DNA of 49,436 bases from an uncultured archaeon (GCA_964640225.1 CAZXFI010000005.1:14749-64184), one strand, 5' to 3'; positions 9,190 through 18,658 are shown, counted from the stretch's first letter. The notes: generated by a model not told the origin, from the letters alone. A program made the numbers and translations.

Positions 9190-9894
9190 CTATCCCAGAA
9201 CCAGATTTCTCTGTTTTTTGTCCAGCTTCTCCGAGGCGTACCTGAGAACAAGGCGCGAAGTTTTGCCCTTCCACCTAAGAAGGAACTCAGTCACTTCATT
9301 TGGCCAGGACTTTGACGCCTCCTTCAGGAGCCATCCCACGCCCTTCCTAACCATGTCATCCCTGTCCTCCATGAGCTTGTCCGCTGTCCTGAATATGTCC
9401 TTCCTGAACTCCCCCCTTCTTCCGGCTATCACCAGGGAGACTGCGCTGCTCCTCCTGACCCACCTGTTCGGGGAGTAAGTCATTGCGTACAATTCCTCCA
9501 GCAGTTTCGGATCCTTTTTCACGCACTCGTAAATGTGGTGGCTTGAAAGCTCGTCGCAGTGAGCCCAGTTTCCTATGTATTTTTCAAGCCATTCCCTGAA
9601 AACGAAAAAGGTTTTCCTGCCGAACTGGCCTTTGAATTTGCCCAGGAGCTCAAAGCCTACCACTCCCTCCTCAAAGTACCCGGTTTTTAGCAGGCGCCCC
9701 GCCATGTTGAGCGTTTTCTTCATGTCCAGCTCTTCATTGTGCTTCTTGAATATGTCGCGGGCCACCTTCCTTGCATCGTAAAGTCTTACCCCGCGGGTCT
9801 TTACGGACTCCCTGAAGTACCTTTTCTCCTGCTCGGCACGCTCGGGGTTTGCGTGCCTTTTTAACTCTTCTCTTATGCCTGAAAAAATGCTCAT
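9190..9894 (-). CDS. DNA alkylation repair protein (AlkD-like HEAT-repeat)
   Basis: IGNWAHCD, SPNRWVRRSS, DDMVRKGVGWLLKE, LRYASEK. Confidence 0.9.
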   Translation of the reverse strand: MSIFSGIREELKRHANPERAEQEKRYFRESVKTRGVRLYDARKVARDIFKKHNEELDMKKTLNMAGRLLKTGYFEEGVVGFELLGKFKGQFGRKTFFVFREWLEKYIGNWAHCDELSSHHIYECVKKDPKLLEELYAMTYSPNRWVRRSSAVSLVIAGRRGEFRKDIFRTADKLMEDRDDMVRKGVGWLLKEASKSWPNEVTEFLLRWKGKTSRLVLRYASEKLDKKQRNLVLG

Positions 9895-10697
9895 CCGTAA
9901 GCCTCCCTCAACACAAGCTTTCCCTCCCCGTCCCTCAGGTAAAGCGTGTCCCCGTCGTTGTTCCAGACTGCCGGGCAGGAGCCTCCCTTGTCCCAGAAAA
10001 TCTCGCAGGAATTATCTTTTCCGGAGCCAGAAAAAAGCGTGACGGATTTTTTCGTCTTTAGCACAAAATCATGGAATGTGTAAACTGATGTTCCCGCGTC
10101 CTTGACAGACCACCCCGTAATCTCGCAGTCAAAGTGGCAGGTGTTGCTGAAAGCAACCCACTCCCCGTTAGGGTTGATGCAGTCGTTTCCCTCCGCGTCC
10201 CAGTTGAACCGGTCCACACGGATGCACTCGGAACACCTGTCCTCCGAGACCAGGGACCACACGCCTTTCCTGGTGCTTCTTGCCGCGCTTTCCGCATCCC
10301 TGAAAAGCCTTTCGTGCCTGTTGTTCGGCTGAAGCACGTAAACGGTGGCGTAGCCTTCCTCTATCATAAGCAGGTTCACCATCTCGTCACCGATATAGAC
10401 ATATCTAAGCAGGCGCCCGTACTTGTCCGTCCCCTCTTTATCCTTTTCCATTGAAACTTCCTTGTTTAGTACGAGCCTTTCCATTTTCTTCCTTGCTTCA
10501 TCATAATAGGATTCCCCTTTCTCCGGAGCGTTTATGCCCGTGAGCCTTACCTTTTCCGAGGTGTTCAGCTCCAGTGTGTCCCCGTCTATCACCCTTTCCA
10601 CGAAGCCAATTTCCCTTTCTTCCAGGCTTGCGAAATACAGGGCAGAGAAAAAAACAAGCCCCACGGCCAGAACCAGAAGAAAAATCACTGATTTCAT
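9891..10697 (-). CDS. Membrane-anchored thermonuclease (SNase) fused to a lamin-tail domain
   Basis: VIDGDT, VRLTGINAPE, DKYGRLLRYVY; C-terminal EWV..N...ITGWSVKD...VWNNDGDTLYLRD. Confidence 0.92.
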   Translation of the reverse strand: MKSVIFLLVLAVGLVFFSALYFASLEEREIGFVERVIDGDTLELNTSEKVRLTGINAPEKGESYYDEARKKMERLVLNKEVSMEKDKEGTDKYGRLLRYVYIGDEMVNLLMIEEGYATVYVLQPNNRHERLFRDAESAARSTRKGVWSLVSEDRCSECIRVDRFNWDAEGNDCINPNGEWVAFSNTCHFDCEITGWSVKDAGTSVYTFHDFVLKTKKSVTLFSGSGKDNSCEIFWDKGGSCPAVWNNDGDTLYLRDGEGKLVLREAYG

Positions 10698-11554
10698 GCT
10701 ATCATCAAAACCCTTACCAAATCTATGAGGGCCAGGGGGGTCGCGGCGAGCCAGAAAAACTTGAGCCCCTGGTCAACTGTCATCCTTGCAAAGAGAACCC
10801 TCACAAAGGTTAGCAGGAAAACCACGGAGAAGCACTTGAGAAGGAAAATCCAGAAAGTCCCCGCCCCGAGGAAGAGAACGGTTACCAGAGAGGAGAGCGC
10901 AAAAAGCTTGAACGCGTAGGCCAGCTCAAACATTCCCAGCCTGTAGCCGGAAAGCTCCGTGAAAACCCCCGCCACCAGCTCCTGTTCCGCGTGGGGTATG
11001 TGAAACGGCGGCAGCTCAAGCTCTCCCTGCACCGCCACCAGGAATGCGAGGAATGCGAGAGGGTAGTAAACGAAAAGGCCCGGTGTTATCTCCAGGCTCC
11101 CCAAGGCCGGCACGAGTATGGCCACTATGAACGGTAGCTCAAAACCGAAAGCCTGGACCAGCTCCCTGCCACCCCCCAGACCGCCGTAGGGATTTCCCGA
11201 GGCGAACCCTGCCACGATATAGCCCGCCACGCCCATCAGGAAAAGGTAAATCACGTATATTATGGAGCCGGAAAAGCCGAAACTGAAGAAACCGCTGACA
11301 GGGACAATCAGAATTATTGAGATGTATGCGGCCAGGGAGATTATGGGCCCCCAGAGGATGTAGGGGCTCTCCCTTCTTGACTTGATTCTCTCCTTTGAGA
11401 AAAGCTTTGCCACGTCAAGAAAGGGCTGCCACACCGGAGGGCCTATCCTTTGCTGAAACCTTGCCGCGGTTTTCCTCATGAAACCCATGAAAAGCAGGCC
11501 GAAAAATCCCGCGAACAAGACTTTTGACGCTAAAAGCGTTATCTCAATCAGCAT
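10694..11554 (-). CDS. mbhM: Membrane-bound hydrogenase subunit M (NuoH/complex I subunit 1 family)
   Basis: RKTAARFQQRIGPPVWQPFLDVAKL, PFHIPHAEQELVAG. Confidence 0.92.
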   Translation of the reverse strand: MLIEITLLASKVLFAGFFGLLFMGFMRKTAARFQQRIGPPVWQPFLDVAKLFSKERIKSRRESPYILWGPIISLAAYISIILIVPVSGFFSFGFSGSIIYVIYLFLMGVAGYIVAGFASGNPYGGLGGGRELVQAFGFELPFIVAILVPALGSLEITPGLFVYYPLAFLAFLVAVQGELELPPFHIPHAEQELVAGVFTELSGYRLGMFELAYAFKLFALSSLVTVLFLGAGTFWIFLLKCFSVVFLLTFVRVLFARMTVDQGLKFFWLAATPLALIDLVRVLMIA

Positions 11555-12695
11555 TTCTAAGCTCCTCCCCTGTGACGATTTTGCTTTTTCCGGTGTCCAA
11601 GTCCAGAAGCGTCATCCTGTCGGTGCAGGACATACACGGGTCTATTGACATGATTGCTATGGGCACGTCAGCCAGCCTTAGCCCCTTAAGCAGGGTAGGC
11701 AGGGCGTTTAGGGTGGCGTAAGTCGGGGTTCTTATCTTGACCCTGTCCGGAGACTGCCTTCCCCTGGAAGTCCTTATGTAGTAAGCAAGCTCCCCCCTCG
11801 GCGCCTCAACCCGGCTGAAAATCTCCGCTTTGGGTATTTTGGCGAAGCTCACCGGAATTTTTGTCCTGCCCTTCGGTATCTTTTCAATCAGCTGGTCCAG
11901 AATTTTAAGGCTTTCCTCAATCTCGCGGAGCCTCATGTTTATCCTAGTGAGGATGTCCCCGGAGTTTCCCGTAATGGTTCTGAATTTAACGTCCCCGTAG
12001 GCGAAAAAGGGGTCGTCCTTTCTTATGTCCATGGGAATCCCCGAAGCCCTGGCGTTGGGCCCGACCACTCCCAGCTCCACCGCGTCCCCGTGGGAAAGCT
12101 TTCCCCTTCCTCTGGTTCTCTTGACTATGGACTTCTCCCCGTTGAAGTACTTCAGGTTCTGCCTTGTTTTTTTTCCCAGGAAGTCCAGCTTCTCCCTCAT
12201 GCCTCCTCCGAACTTAAAATCTCTTCTTACCCCGCCGAAGCTGTTTATCACGTAGTGAATACGGTTGCCTGTTATATCCTCCAGCATCTCCAGACATCTT
12301 TCCCTTTCCCTGAACATCAGATGGAAAAGCGTGTCATAACCCATCTCATAGGCGCACATGGCGGCGTAGAGGTAATGGGAGTGGATACGCGAGAGCTCAA
12401 AGACTATGGTCCTTATATACTGGGCCCTTTCCGGCACCTCCGTGCCCATTATTTTTTCCATCCCGTTGACGAAGCACGAGCTGTGCGAGTGCCCGCAGAG
12501 GCCGCACACGCGCTCCGCGAGGTAAATGTCCTTCAGAAAGTCGCGGGACTCAAATCCCTTCTCAATGCCCCTGTGGTTGTAGCCGAGGAACAAGTCCACG
12601 CCCCTAACCGTTTCACCCTCCAGCTTTATGGTGAAGTGCACCGGCTCAGGCAATGCAGGGTGCTGCGGGCCGAATGGTATTTTCATTTCTTTCAT
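11544..12695 (-). CDS. mbhL: Group 4 [NiFe]-hydrogenase large catalytic subunit
   Basis: GPQHP, ERVCGLC (L1) and DPCMSCTDR (L2) with all four Ni-ligating Cys, and a cleavable C-terminal extension. Confidence 0.95.
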   Translation of the reverse strand: MKEMKIPFGPQHPALPEPVHFTIKLEGETVRGVDLFLGYNHRGIEKGFESRDFLKDIYLAERVCGLCGHSHSSCFVNGMEKIMGTEVPERAQYIRTIVFELSRIHSHYLYAAMCAYEMGYDTLFHLMFRERERCLEMLEDITGNRIHYVINSFGGVRRDFKFGGGMREKLDFLGKKTRQNLKYFNGEKSIVKRTRGRGKLSHGDAVELGVVGPNARASGIPMDIRKDDPFFAYGDVKFRTITGNSGDILTRINMRLREIEESLKILDQLIEKIPKGRTKIPVSFAKIPKAEIFSRVEAPRGELAYYIRTSRGRQSPDRVKIRTPTYATLNALPTLLKGLRLADVPIAIMSIDPCMSCTDRMTLLDLDTGKSKIVTGEELRNAD

Positions 12696-12699
12696 TTTA

Positions 12700-13110
12700 T
12701 CACTTCTTCCTCAGCGGATGGTCTATATCCTCCGGCAGGAACAATTTCTTGAGGTTTGGGTGGCCTTTTACTTGAAGCCCGAGCATTTCGGCCAGTTCCC
12801 TTTCAAACAGGTTGGCCGATTTGAAGACAGGGGTTGTTGAAGGCACGGCGTTTGACTTCTTTGAGACATCTGTCTTAACGCTAAGCACACCGTGGCCCAG
12901 CTCCAGATGGTAGATAACCTCTATAACCTTTCCGGTGTCGTTGCCCGTCACGGAAATGACCCTCTTTATACCGTAGTCGTGCCTCAGCCTCTCGCACACC
13001 TTGAGCAAATCCTTCCTGGGCACGCTCATCCAAATCCTTTCCTTATCTTTTCTGTAAACCTTTCCCAGCTTCTTCAAGTCTTTCATTGTTTTTTCACCCT
13101 TTTTTGTCAC
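12700..13110 (-). CDS. mbhK: Membrane-bound hydrogenase subunit K (NuoC family)
   Basis: SVTGND, ANLFERELAEMLGL...GHPN...HPLRK. Confidence 0.92.
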   Translation of the reverse strand: MTKKGEKTMKDLKKLGKVYRKDKERIWMSVPRKDLLKVCERLRHDYGIKRVISVTGNDTGKVIEVIYHLELGHGVLSVKTDVSKKSNAVPSTTPVFKSANLFERELAEMLGLQVKGHPNLKKLFLPEDIDHPLRKK

Positions 13111-13522
13111 CCAGAATTTTCACCGCCTTGAGCAGGCCGTCTATTATTGACTCAGGCCTCGGCGGGCAGCCCGCCACCCAGACGTCCACGGGAATTACCT
13201 TTTCCAGGGGGCCATCCAGCCCGTAGTTCCCCCTGAAGACGCCCAGGCCCGTGGCGCACGCGCCCACTGCCACCACAACCTTGGGGTTTGGCATCTGGTC
13301 GTATATCCTCTTCAGCCGCGGGGCCACTTTCCTGTTTACCAGGCCGTCCACCAAGAGAATGTCAGCGTGCCTCGGGGAGCCCCGGAACTGGGCTCCGAAC
13401 CTCTCCACGTCAAACCTGGGAGTCAGAGAGGCCAACTCCTCAATCGTGCAGCCGTTGCACCCCGAACACGAAAAGTGCAGTATCCAGGGACTTTTCTTCC
13501 TTGAATAGTTTTTCAGGCCCAT
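13094..13522 (-). CDS. mbhJ: Hydrogenase small Fe-S subunit (NuoB family)
   Basis: SGCNGCTIE, SPRHADILLV, AVGACA, VAGCPPRPE. Confidence 0.95.
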   Translation of the reverse strand: MGLKNYSRKKSPWILHFSCSGCNGCTIEELASLTPRFDVERFGAQFRGSPRHADILLVDGLVNRKVAPRLKRIYDQMPNPKVVVAVGACATGLGVFRGNYGLDGPLEKVIPVDVWVAGCPPRPESIIDGLLKAVKILGDKKG

Positions 13523-13734
13523 AAAACCACAAACATTACCATGACGAATACGGTTCCAAGAAGCAGCCAGTAAAGGTACTGGCTCACGTCCCCGGAGTGG
13601 GCTTCTCTGAGCTTCCTGATTCCCAGGAATTTCAGGACCGTGTCAAAAAAGTAATCCGGGCTTGCAACGTATTCCTTCTCGTATTCCTCCCCGCAGAGGT
13701 ACATTTCCGTTTCCCTGTCCTTTTTTTTCTTCAT
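13513..13734 (-). CDS. mbhI: MbhI-like subunit (short)
   Basis: YLCGEE motif, amphipathic helix, HSGDVSQYLYW then TM; position before mbhJ. Confidence 0.7.
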   Translation of the reverse strand: MKKKKDRETEMYLCGEEYEKEYVASPDYFFDTVLKFLGIRKLREAHSGDVSQYLYWLLLGTVFVMVMFVVLWA

Positions 13735-13740
13735 AAAAAA

Positions 13741-14118
13741 TCACTTGTTGTGCACCAGGATTCCCCCGGCAAAATAATTATGGTTCTTATCCACTTCTAA
13801 ATTATATGTTTCCGCTTTATCATATATTTTCCTTACGCTCTCCACATGACCCGGGAAGAGCATGTCACCCTCCTTTAGGAAACGAGCCCGCTTCCATTCC
13901 CCTCCCGAGTAAACGGGGTGGCTCGGGGTGACGCGCAGGGCGTTGTTTATTAAAATAAAGTAGGGGCTATCCCGCGAATGCCTGAAGGTCCTGGTCACTC
14001 TGGCCGGCTCGTACCTTCCCTCTTCCGGGTTGTAAGAAAGAACCAGCTCGCCTGGCTCCACGTCCTCTATATTTTTGAATCCATCGGCCATTGCTATCTT
14101 CGTGCCGGCAGGGAAGCA
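13741..14118 (-). other. Mini Hint/BIL domain (125 aa, no homing endonuclease)
   Basis: Block A CFPAGT, block B TPSHP, block F YNLEV, block G VHN followed by a single Lys and stop. Confidence 0.9.
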
Positions 14119-15654
14119 GGCGAACTCCTCAACTCTCAGTTCAAACTCCCCGTCCAGGTCCATTGAAAATTCCAGTTTTCCTCCGGAGGCGTATATCGTG
14201 TTCAAGTAGTTTCCGTTGTAGTATATGTCATAATCGGACTCGTAAAGCCCGGACAGGTTGTAGTACGCTGTGGTGCTGGAGGCTGTATCGTTCCACTGCA
14301 CCAGGCCCTGAGTCCATGAGGTAAGCTCCCTGGTCAGGGTCAGCGTGTCGCTCACCGAAGTGTTGAGCCATATTCCCCCGCTGGTTTCATTGTTGTAGTT
14401 GAACCAAGTGGAAGTGTCGGAAAGGTATATCTCCCTGGGCTCGGTGAAATTGGTGTTCCTGAAAGAGTTCGTGGCTCCTATATCCCCGTTGGTGTAATAC
14501 TCCAAAGAACTGCTTGCCACGGAGCCCCCGATGAATTTTGTGCCAGTGATTGGTCCGCTGGATCCGTAAAAATACACCGCGCGGTTGTTGGCCGTGATAA
14601 CGTTGTCGTAAAAGCTGTTGTTGGCCGTGTTGGCCGCCATGTAAACCGCCCTGCTTGAGTCCGCATTGAAATTGTTTTCCGAAAACACGTTGTGGTCCGA
14701 TAATGGATTCAGATTCACGGTGTACATGTCCGAAGTGGCGTTGTTCTGCTCCACGATGTTGTAATCGCTTGAGGCAAGATGTATCGCATAGCCCGTGACG
14801 CTGCCCAGAATGTTTATGTTGTTGTTGTAAAGGGTGTTCCTGAAGGAGGAAGATATGGCAATGCCGTAGGCGTAGTCCGAGGTCAAAGTGTTGCCGCTCA
14901 CGTTGTTGTAAGAGCTTGAGGAGAGCCTGATGCCGTAGTTGTAATCGCTCACCGTGTTGTTTTCTATGGTTCCGTTGTCCGCGCCGCTGCAGTAAATCCC
15001 GTAATTGCTTCCCGCGCCCCCGTTCATGTCAACCACGCAGTTCTTCACGGTGACGTTGTCAAAACCCGTGTTGTTTATCCCGTAGGAGCCTGTGCTCTGC
15101 AAGTAATGGCCCCGGCAGTCCAGCGTGACGTCGGACGAGTTTATGTAGAGTATTGTGCCGGAGCAGCCGGTTATGTTTTCCGTCAGGGTCGTGTCCTCGT
15201 TCACATAGTCACCGCAGGAGAACGTAAACGCAGTGGTCGTGGTGTAGCCTGTTTCATATTCGTCGTAAACGTGCGGACAGCTTGTGACAACCCTAACCCT
15301 GGTTATAAGCCCTTCCGGTGTTTCAGATGACAACGTGACCTTGGAGCCCACCCCGACCGAGCCCGGCGTGGCATCGTAGGAGTAGGAGCCGCTCCCGTTG
15401 TAAACGACTATCTTCAGGCCTGAAAGGTCGGTATAACCCAGGTTTTCCACGGTCACCTTGAGGTTCCCGTTCGTTTCAACGCCGTCTATGTGTATCACCC
15501 CGGTCCCGCATTCCACCGCGGTCTCACCGCTCTCCTCCACTCCGGCCCTGCTTTTTTTGGTAAGCTCCACGGCAAACATGTTCGTAAGGGCCGCGGCCAT
15601 TATTACGAAGGCTATCATTATTATTGCAGCCACCAGCACAGATATTCCTTTCAT
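13741..15654 (-). CDS. Pilin/archaellin-like N-terminus + NosD/CASH beta-helix + C-terminal Hint (BIL/intein-like) domain
   Basis: Class III signal MKG|ISVLVAAIIMIAF; GI.L.SS..N.I..N repeats; A|CFPAGTKI.MADG...VTPSHP...YNLEV..NHNYFAGGILVHNK-stop. Confidence 0.88.
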   Translation of the reverse strand: MKGISVLVAAIIMIAFVIMAAALTNMFAVELTKKSRAGVEESGETAVECGTGVIHIDGVETNGNLKVTVENLGYTDLSGLKIVVYNGSGSYSYDATPGSVGVGSKVTLSSETPEGLITRVRVVTSCPHVYDEYETGYTTTTAFTFSCGDYVNEDTTLTENITGCSGTILYINSSDVTLDCRGHYLQSTGSYGINNTGFDNVTVKNCVVDMNGGAGSNYGIYCSGADNGTIENNTVSDYNYGIRLSSSSYNNVSGNTLTSDYAYGIAISSSFRNTLYNNNINILGSVTGYAIHLASSDYNIVEQNNATSDMYTVNLNPLSDHNVFSENNFNADSSRAVYMAANTANNSFYDNVITANNRAVYFYGSSGPITGTKFIGGSVASSSLEYYTNGDIGATNSFRNTNFTEPREIYLSDTSTWFNYNNETSGGIWLNTSVSDTLTLTRELTSWTQGLVQWNDTASSTTAYYNLSGLYESDYDIYYNGNYLNTIYASGGKLEFSMDLDGEFELRVEEFACFPAGTKIAMADGFKNIEDVEPGELVLSYNPEEGRYEPARVTRTFRHSRDSPYFILINNALRVTPSHPVYSGGEWKRARFLKEGDMLFPGHVESVRKIYDKAETYNLEVDKNHNYFAGGILVHNK

Positions 15655-15655
15655 T

Positions 15656-17071
15656 TCAGCACCCGAAAACCGAACAGTAATAGCCCGCGCTTCCCAGGAG
15701 AGATTCCGCTACGGGCTGGAGCGTCCGGATTACGACCCAGGGGAGCAGGCCCATGATTACGCAGAAGGCGGTAAGCACCAGAATCGGCACCAGGAAGTTC
15801 ATGTCCTCCTTTATTTTTTTCTCCGACCCGGAAAAAAGCTTTCCGAAAGCCTTCAGGTAGTAGGCCAGCGTCACGACTGACACGAGTATCGCCACAAGTG
15901 TGGGGAGAACTAAACCCGCCTGGAAGCCGGCCTCGTATATAAGCAGCTTGCTTGCAAAGCCGTTCAGGGGAGGTATCCCGGCTATCCCCAGGGAAGCCGT
16001 GAGAAAGCAGGCGCCTGTCACGGGCATGTTGACAGGCTTTATGCCACCGCACCTTGATATCACCGAGCCCAAAATAAGGAAAAGAACCATCTTGAGCAGG
16101 GCGTTGTTTATCAAATGGAAAAGCCCCCCGGTGAAGCCCGGGAAGCCAAGGCCGAAAGCGAAAAGTACGTATCCCATCTGCGAGACCGAGGAGTAGGCCA
16201 GCATTCTTCTCAGGTCCTCCTGGGACAGCGCCATGAAGGCCCCCACTACCATGGAGAGCAGGCCGAGAACCAAGAGGAGCTGGTTGACTCCCATTAAACC
16301 GAAAAGGAAAAGCATCCTTACCAGGACGTAAACTCCGGTGAGCGTGGAGACGGAAACAATCATGGCGGCAACCGGCAGGGGGGCTCCTTCCGTGACGTCT
16401 GGTTTCCAGAAATGAAAAGGAACGGAGCCTACCTTTACCAGGTAGCTCGTGAGTATGAGGCCCAGGGGTATCATGGATTCCCTGAAAGGCGTTTTCATCA
16501 CAAGGTCTGCCATGTTAAGGGTTCCTGTCATACCGTAAAGAAGCGCTATCCCCAGGAGCAGAATTAAGCCGGCGAAGGTTCCCACAAGCACGTACTTTAT
16601 TCCCGCCTCCACGCCCTTTCCGTCCCTATGGAAAACGCTCAGGGCGTAGGATGCTATCATCATCAGCTCCGTGAACACGAAAAGGTTAAAAAGGTCCCCT
16701 GTAATGAGAATGCCTGTCATGCCCACCGTGAACAGAAGAAACAGTGAATAAAACTCCGACCTCCTTTCGGTAACAAACTTCTCTACCAGCAGGCTGATTA
16801 TGAGGCTCAGGCCCGAAACAATCACCAGAAGCGCTATGGAAAGGGAATCCACGGAAAGTGTTATCCCAAAGGGAGGGGGCCACCCGTTCATGTTGTAGGT
16901 GATTGTCTCCCCGGAAAGAACCGTGGGCATAAGGGAAATCCAGAAGAAAAACGAGAACAGAAGCGCGGTCGTGACCAGGACTCTCCTGAACAGCTTTAGC
17001 TTTATCCCTATGAAGGGCGTCAGGAACCCTGCCACAAGAAGCACTGCAACCGGTATGTATATCGGCGTCAT
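15656..17071 (-). CDS. mbhH: Proton-conducting antiporter-like subunit (MrpD/NuoN family)
   Basis: TGDLFNLFVFTELM, KVGSVPFHFWKPD, RMLAYSSVSQMGY, GIPPLNGFASK. Confidence 0.93.
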   Translation of the reverse strand: MTPIYIPVAVLLVAGFLTPFIGIKLKLFRRVLVTTALLFSFFFWISLMPTVLSGETITYNMNGWPPPFGITLSVDSLSIALLVIVSGLSLIISLLVEKFVTERRSEFYSLFLLFTVGMTGILITGDLFNLFVFTELMMIASYALSVFHRDGKGVEAGIKYVLVGTFAGLILLLGIALLYGMTGTLNMADLVMKTPFRESMIPLGLILTSYLVKVGSVPFHFWKPDVTEGAPLPVAAMIVSVSTLTGVYVLVRMLFLFGLMGVNQLLLVLGLLSMVVGAFMALSQEDLRRMLAYSSVSQMGYVLFAFGLGFPGFTGGLFHLINNALLKMVLFLILGSVISRCGGIKPVNMPVTGACFLTASLGIAGIPPLNGFASKLLIYEAGFQAGLVLPTLVAILVSVVTLAYYLKAFGKLFSGSEKKIKEDMNFLVPILVLTAFCVIMGLLPWVVIRTLQPVAESLLGSAGYYCSVFGC

Positions 17072-17415
17072 CCAAACAGCTCCCTCATTTTTTTCGTGTC
17101 AAGCGTTTTTTTCTTCTCGTAAAGCAGGATTGCCATGGAGAGGGCAAGTGCCGTTACCGAGAGGTCTATGACTATTGATGTAAGGACCAGGGCCTGGGGC
17201 AGGGGGTCCACGGAGTATTGGGAAAAGGTTAGCAGGTTTTCCGGTGTTATTATGGGGTTTATGCCTCCTTCCCTGTAGCCGCTGGTTATAAGCACGAGAT
17301 TCACTCCCATTGTGATTATACCCATTCCCATTATCTTCTTTATCAGGTTCCTTTTCAGAACCAGGCAGTAGATCCCTATGAGCACGAAGACCGTTCCGAA
17401 CACGTATTCAATCAT
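17068..17415 (-). CDS. mbhG: MrpC/MnhC-like subunit
   Basis: NLIKKIMG, VDPLPQALVLTSIVI. Confidence 0.93.
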   Translation of the reverse strand: MIEYVFGTVFVLIGIYCLVLKRNLIKKIMGMGIITMGVNLVLITSGYREGGINPIITPENLLTFSQYSVDPLPQALVLTSIVIDLSVTALALSMAILLYEKKKTLDTKKMRELFG

Positions 17416-17422
17416 TTTTCTC

Positions 17423-17821
17423 TCACTCCTCTTTCACCATTGAGTAGAATATTATAAGGAAGGATGTCATCACCATCGTCCCGGCTGTTATGTTCAGCAG
17501 CATTATCTCTCCCCCGCTCCACAGGTTGAAAAGTGACTCGGTTGTGAAAAGCAAGTCCCTCAGGAACAGTTCAAAAACCACCAGAAAAGCGAGTATTATG
17601 CCGGCCGCGGCTTCCAGGCGGTGGGAGGTCTCCTTTTTTATTATGTGCTCCGCTTTCTGGAGGCCGAAAACAACGCAAACGAGTACCACGGCGGAGGCAA
17701 GCAGAACGCCTCCCTGGAAGCCTCCCCCCGGCGTCAGGTGACCGTGCGTTATTACATACATGCTGTAAAGCAGCAAAAACGGGAGAAGCACCCTTGAAAC
17801 TGTCTCCTTTATTACGGTCAT
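17423..17821 (-). CDS. mbhF: MrpB/MnhB-like subunit
   Basis: HGHLTPGGGFQGG; start reassigned to MTVIKET. Confidence 0.92.
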   Translation of the reverse strand: MTVIKETVSRVLLPFLLLYSMYVITHGHLTPGGGFQGGVLLASAVVLVCVVFGLQKAEHIIKKETSHRLEAAAGIILAFLVVFELFLRDLLFTTESLFNLWSGGEIMLLNITAGTMVMTSFLIIFYSMVKEE

Positions 17822-17826
17822 AATTA

Positions 17827-18132
17827 TCACTTTGAAACCTGAAATATTTTCGGCATCTTTTTCCTCCTGATTATTTTTCTGTACTTCCTGAAAATCGCGT
17901 ATATGCCCATGGTGGCCGTGAAAAGTATTATCTCCTCCCCCAGGGTATCGTAAGCCCTGTAATCCCACATTATGGTTGACACCACGTTCGGAGCTTCCGC
18001 ATCCGTCAGCGCGTTTTCTATATGGTAGTTTGAAATCTTCCTGTCAAAGTCCGCAAAACCCGGGGCAAAAAGCACGGAAAGCGTTAGCACGGCAAGGAGG
18101 GTGAGCGCTATAAGAAACAGGGGCCTGTTCAT
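17827..18132 (-). CDS. mbhE: MbhE-like subunit (MrpA C-terminal/MrpB N-terminal part)
   Basis: PNVVSTIMWDYRAYDTLGE. Confidence 0.9.
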   Translation of the reverse strand: MNRPLFLIALTLLAVLTLSVLFAPGFADFDRKISNYHIENALTDAEAPNVVSTIMWDYRAYDTLGEEIILFTATMGIYAIFRKYRKIIRRKKMPKIFQVSK

Positions 18133-18362
18133 TCCTCAAACCTCCCTGTTTTTTCTATTGTTATGACAAAGATAACCGTCACCATTATAACCCCCACCGC
18201 CGCCTGGGCTATCGCTATGTCCGGGGCTCTCAGAAGAAGGAATATTGAGGTGAGGCAGAAGCCGGCCCCGGCCATGAAAACAACCGCCCTGAGCAGGTCC
18301 TTCTCCCTTATGACCAGCAGGAAAAGCGCGGTCATGAGCACGAGCAGGACAAAGCCAATCAT
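18129..18362 (-). CDS. mbhD: MbhD (DUF4040) subunit
   Basis: DLLRAV...LRAPDIAIAQAAVG. Confidence 0.9.
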   Translation of the reverse strand: MIGFVLLVLMTALFLLVIREKDLLRAVVFMAGAGFCLTSIFLLLRAPDIAIAQAAVGVIMVTVIFVITIEKTGRFEE

Positions 18363-18658
18363 TTTTTTTTCGCCTCCTTCTTTTCAAGTTTCACCCCGTT
18401 CCTGTAAGCTGCGTTTGCTATCGCATGGGAAGCCGTGGGCGACGTGAGAGACAGGAGAAGCATCAGGAGCAGGTATTTCATGGAAAGCACTGAGTAGAAG
18501 TTTTTGATGAAAAGCATGAAAAGCAGCAGGCAGGTGCAGCCCACCGCGCACATGGTGGAGGCAAAAATCCTGGTGTAAACGCTTTTCATTCTCAAAAGCC
18601 CCACAGCTCCTACAAGCCCCGAAATCACGGGAATCCATAGAAGGATTTCTAGGACCAA
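18359..18658 (-). CDS. mbhC: MrpG/MnhG-like subunit
   Basis: GAVGLLRM..VYTRI, LTSPTASHAIANAAY. Confidence 0.9.
   Translation of the reverse strand: MVLEILLWIPVISGLVGAVGLLRMKSVYTRIFASTMCAVGCTCLLLFMLFIKNFYSVLSMKYLLLMLLLSLTSPTASHAIANAAYRNGVKLEKKEAKKK

Noticed and set aside
11544-12695. Mbx/Mbs (sulfane reductase) or complex I NuoD instead of a hydrogenase
   Set aside because: Both CxxC Ni-binding motifs are complete, supporting a true [NiFe] hydrogenase
13741-14118. Canonical selfish intein or polymorphic-toxin PT-HINT
   Set aside because: No homing endonuclease, no +1 Cys/Ser/Thr, and no toxin domain or immunity gene after HN; treated as a terminal BIL-type Hint
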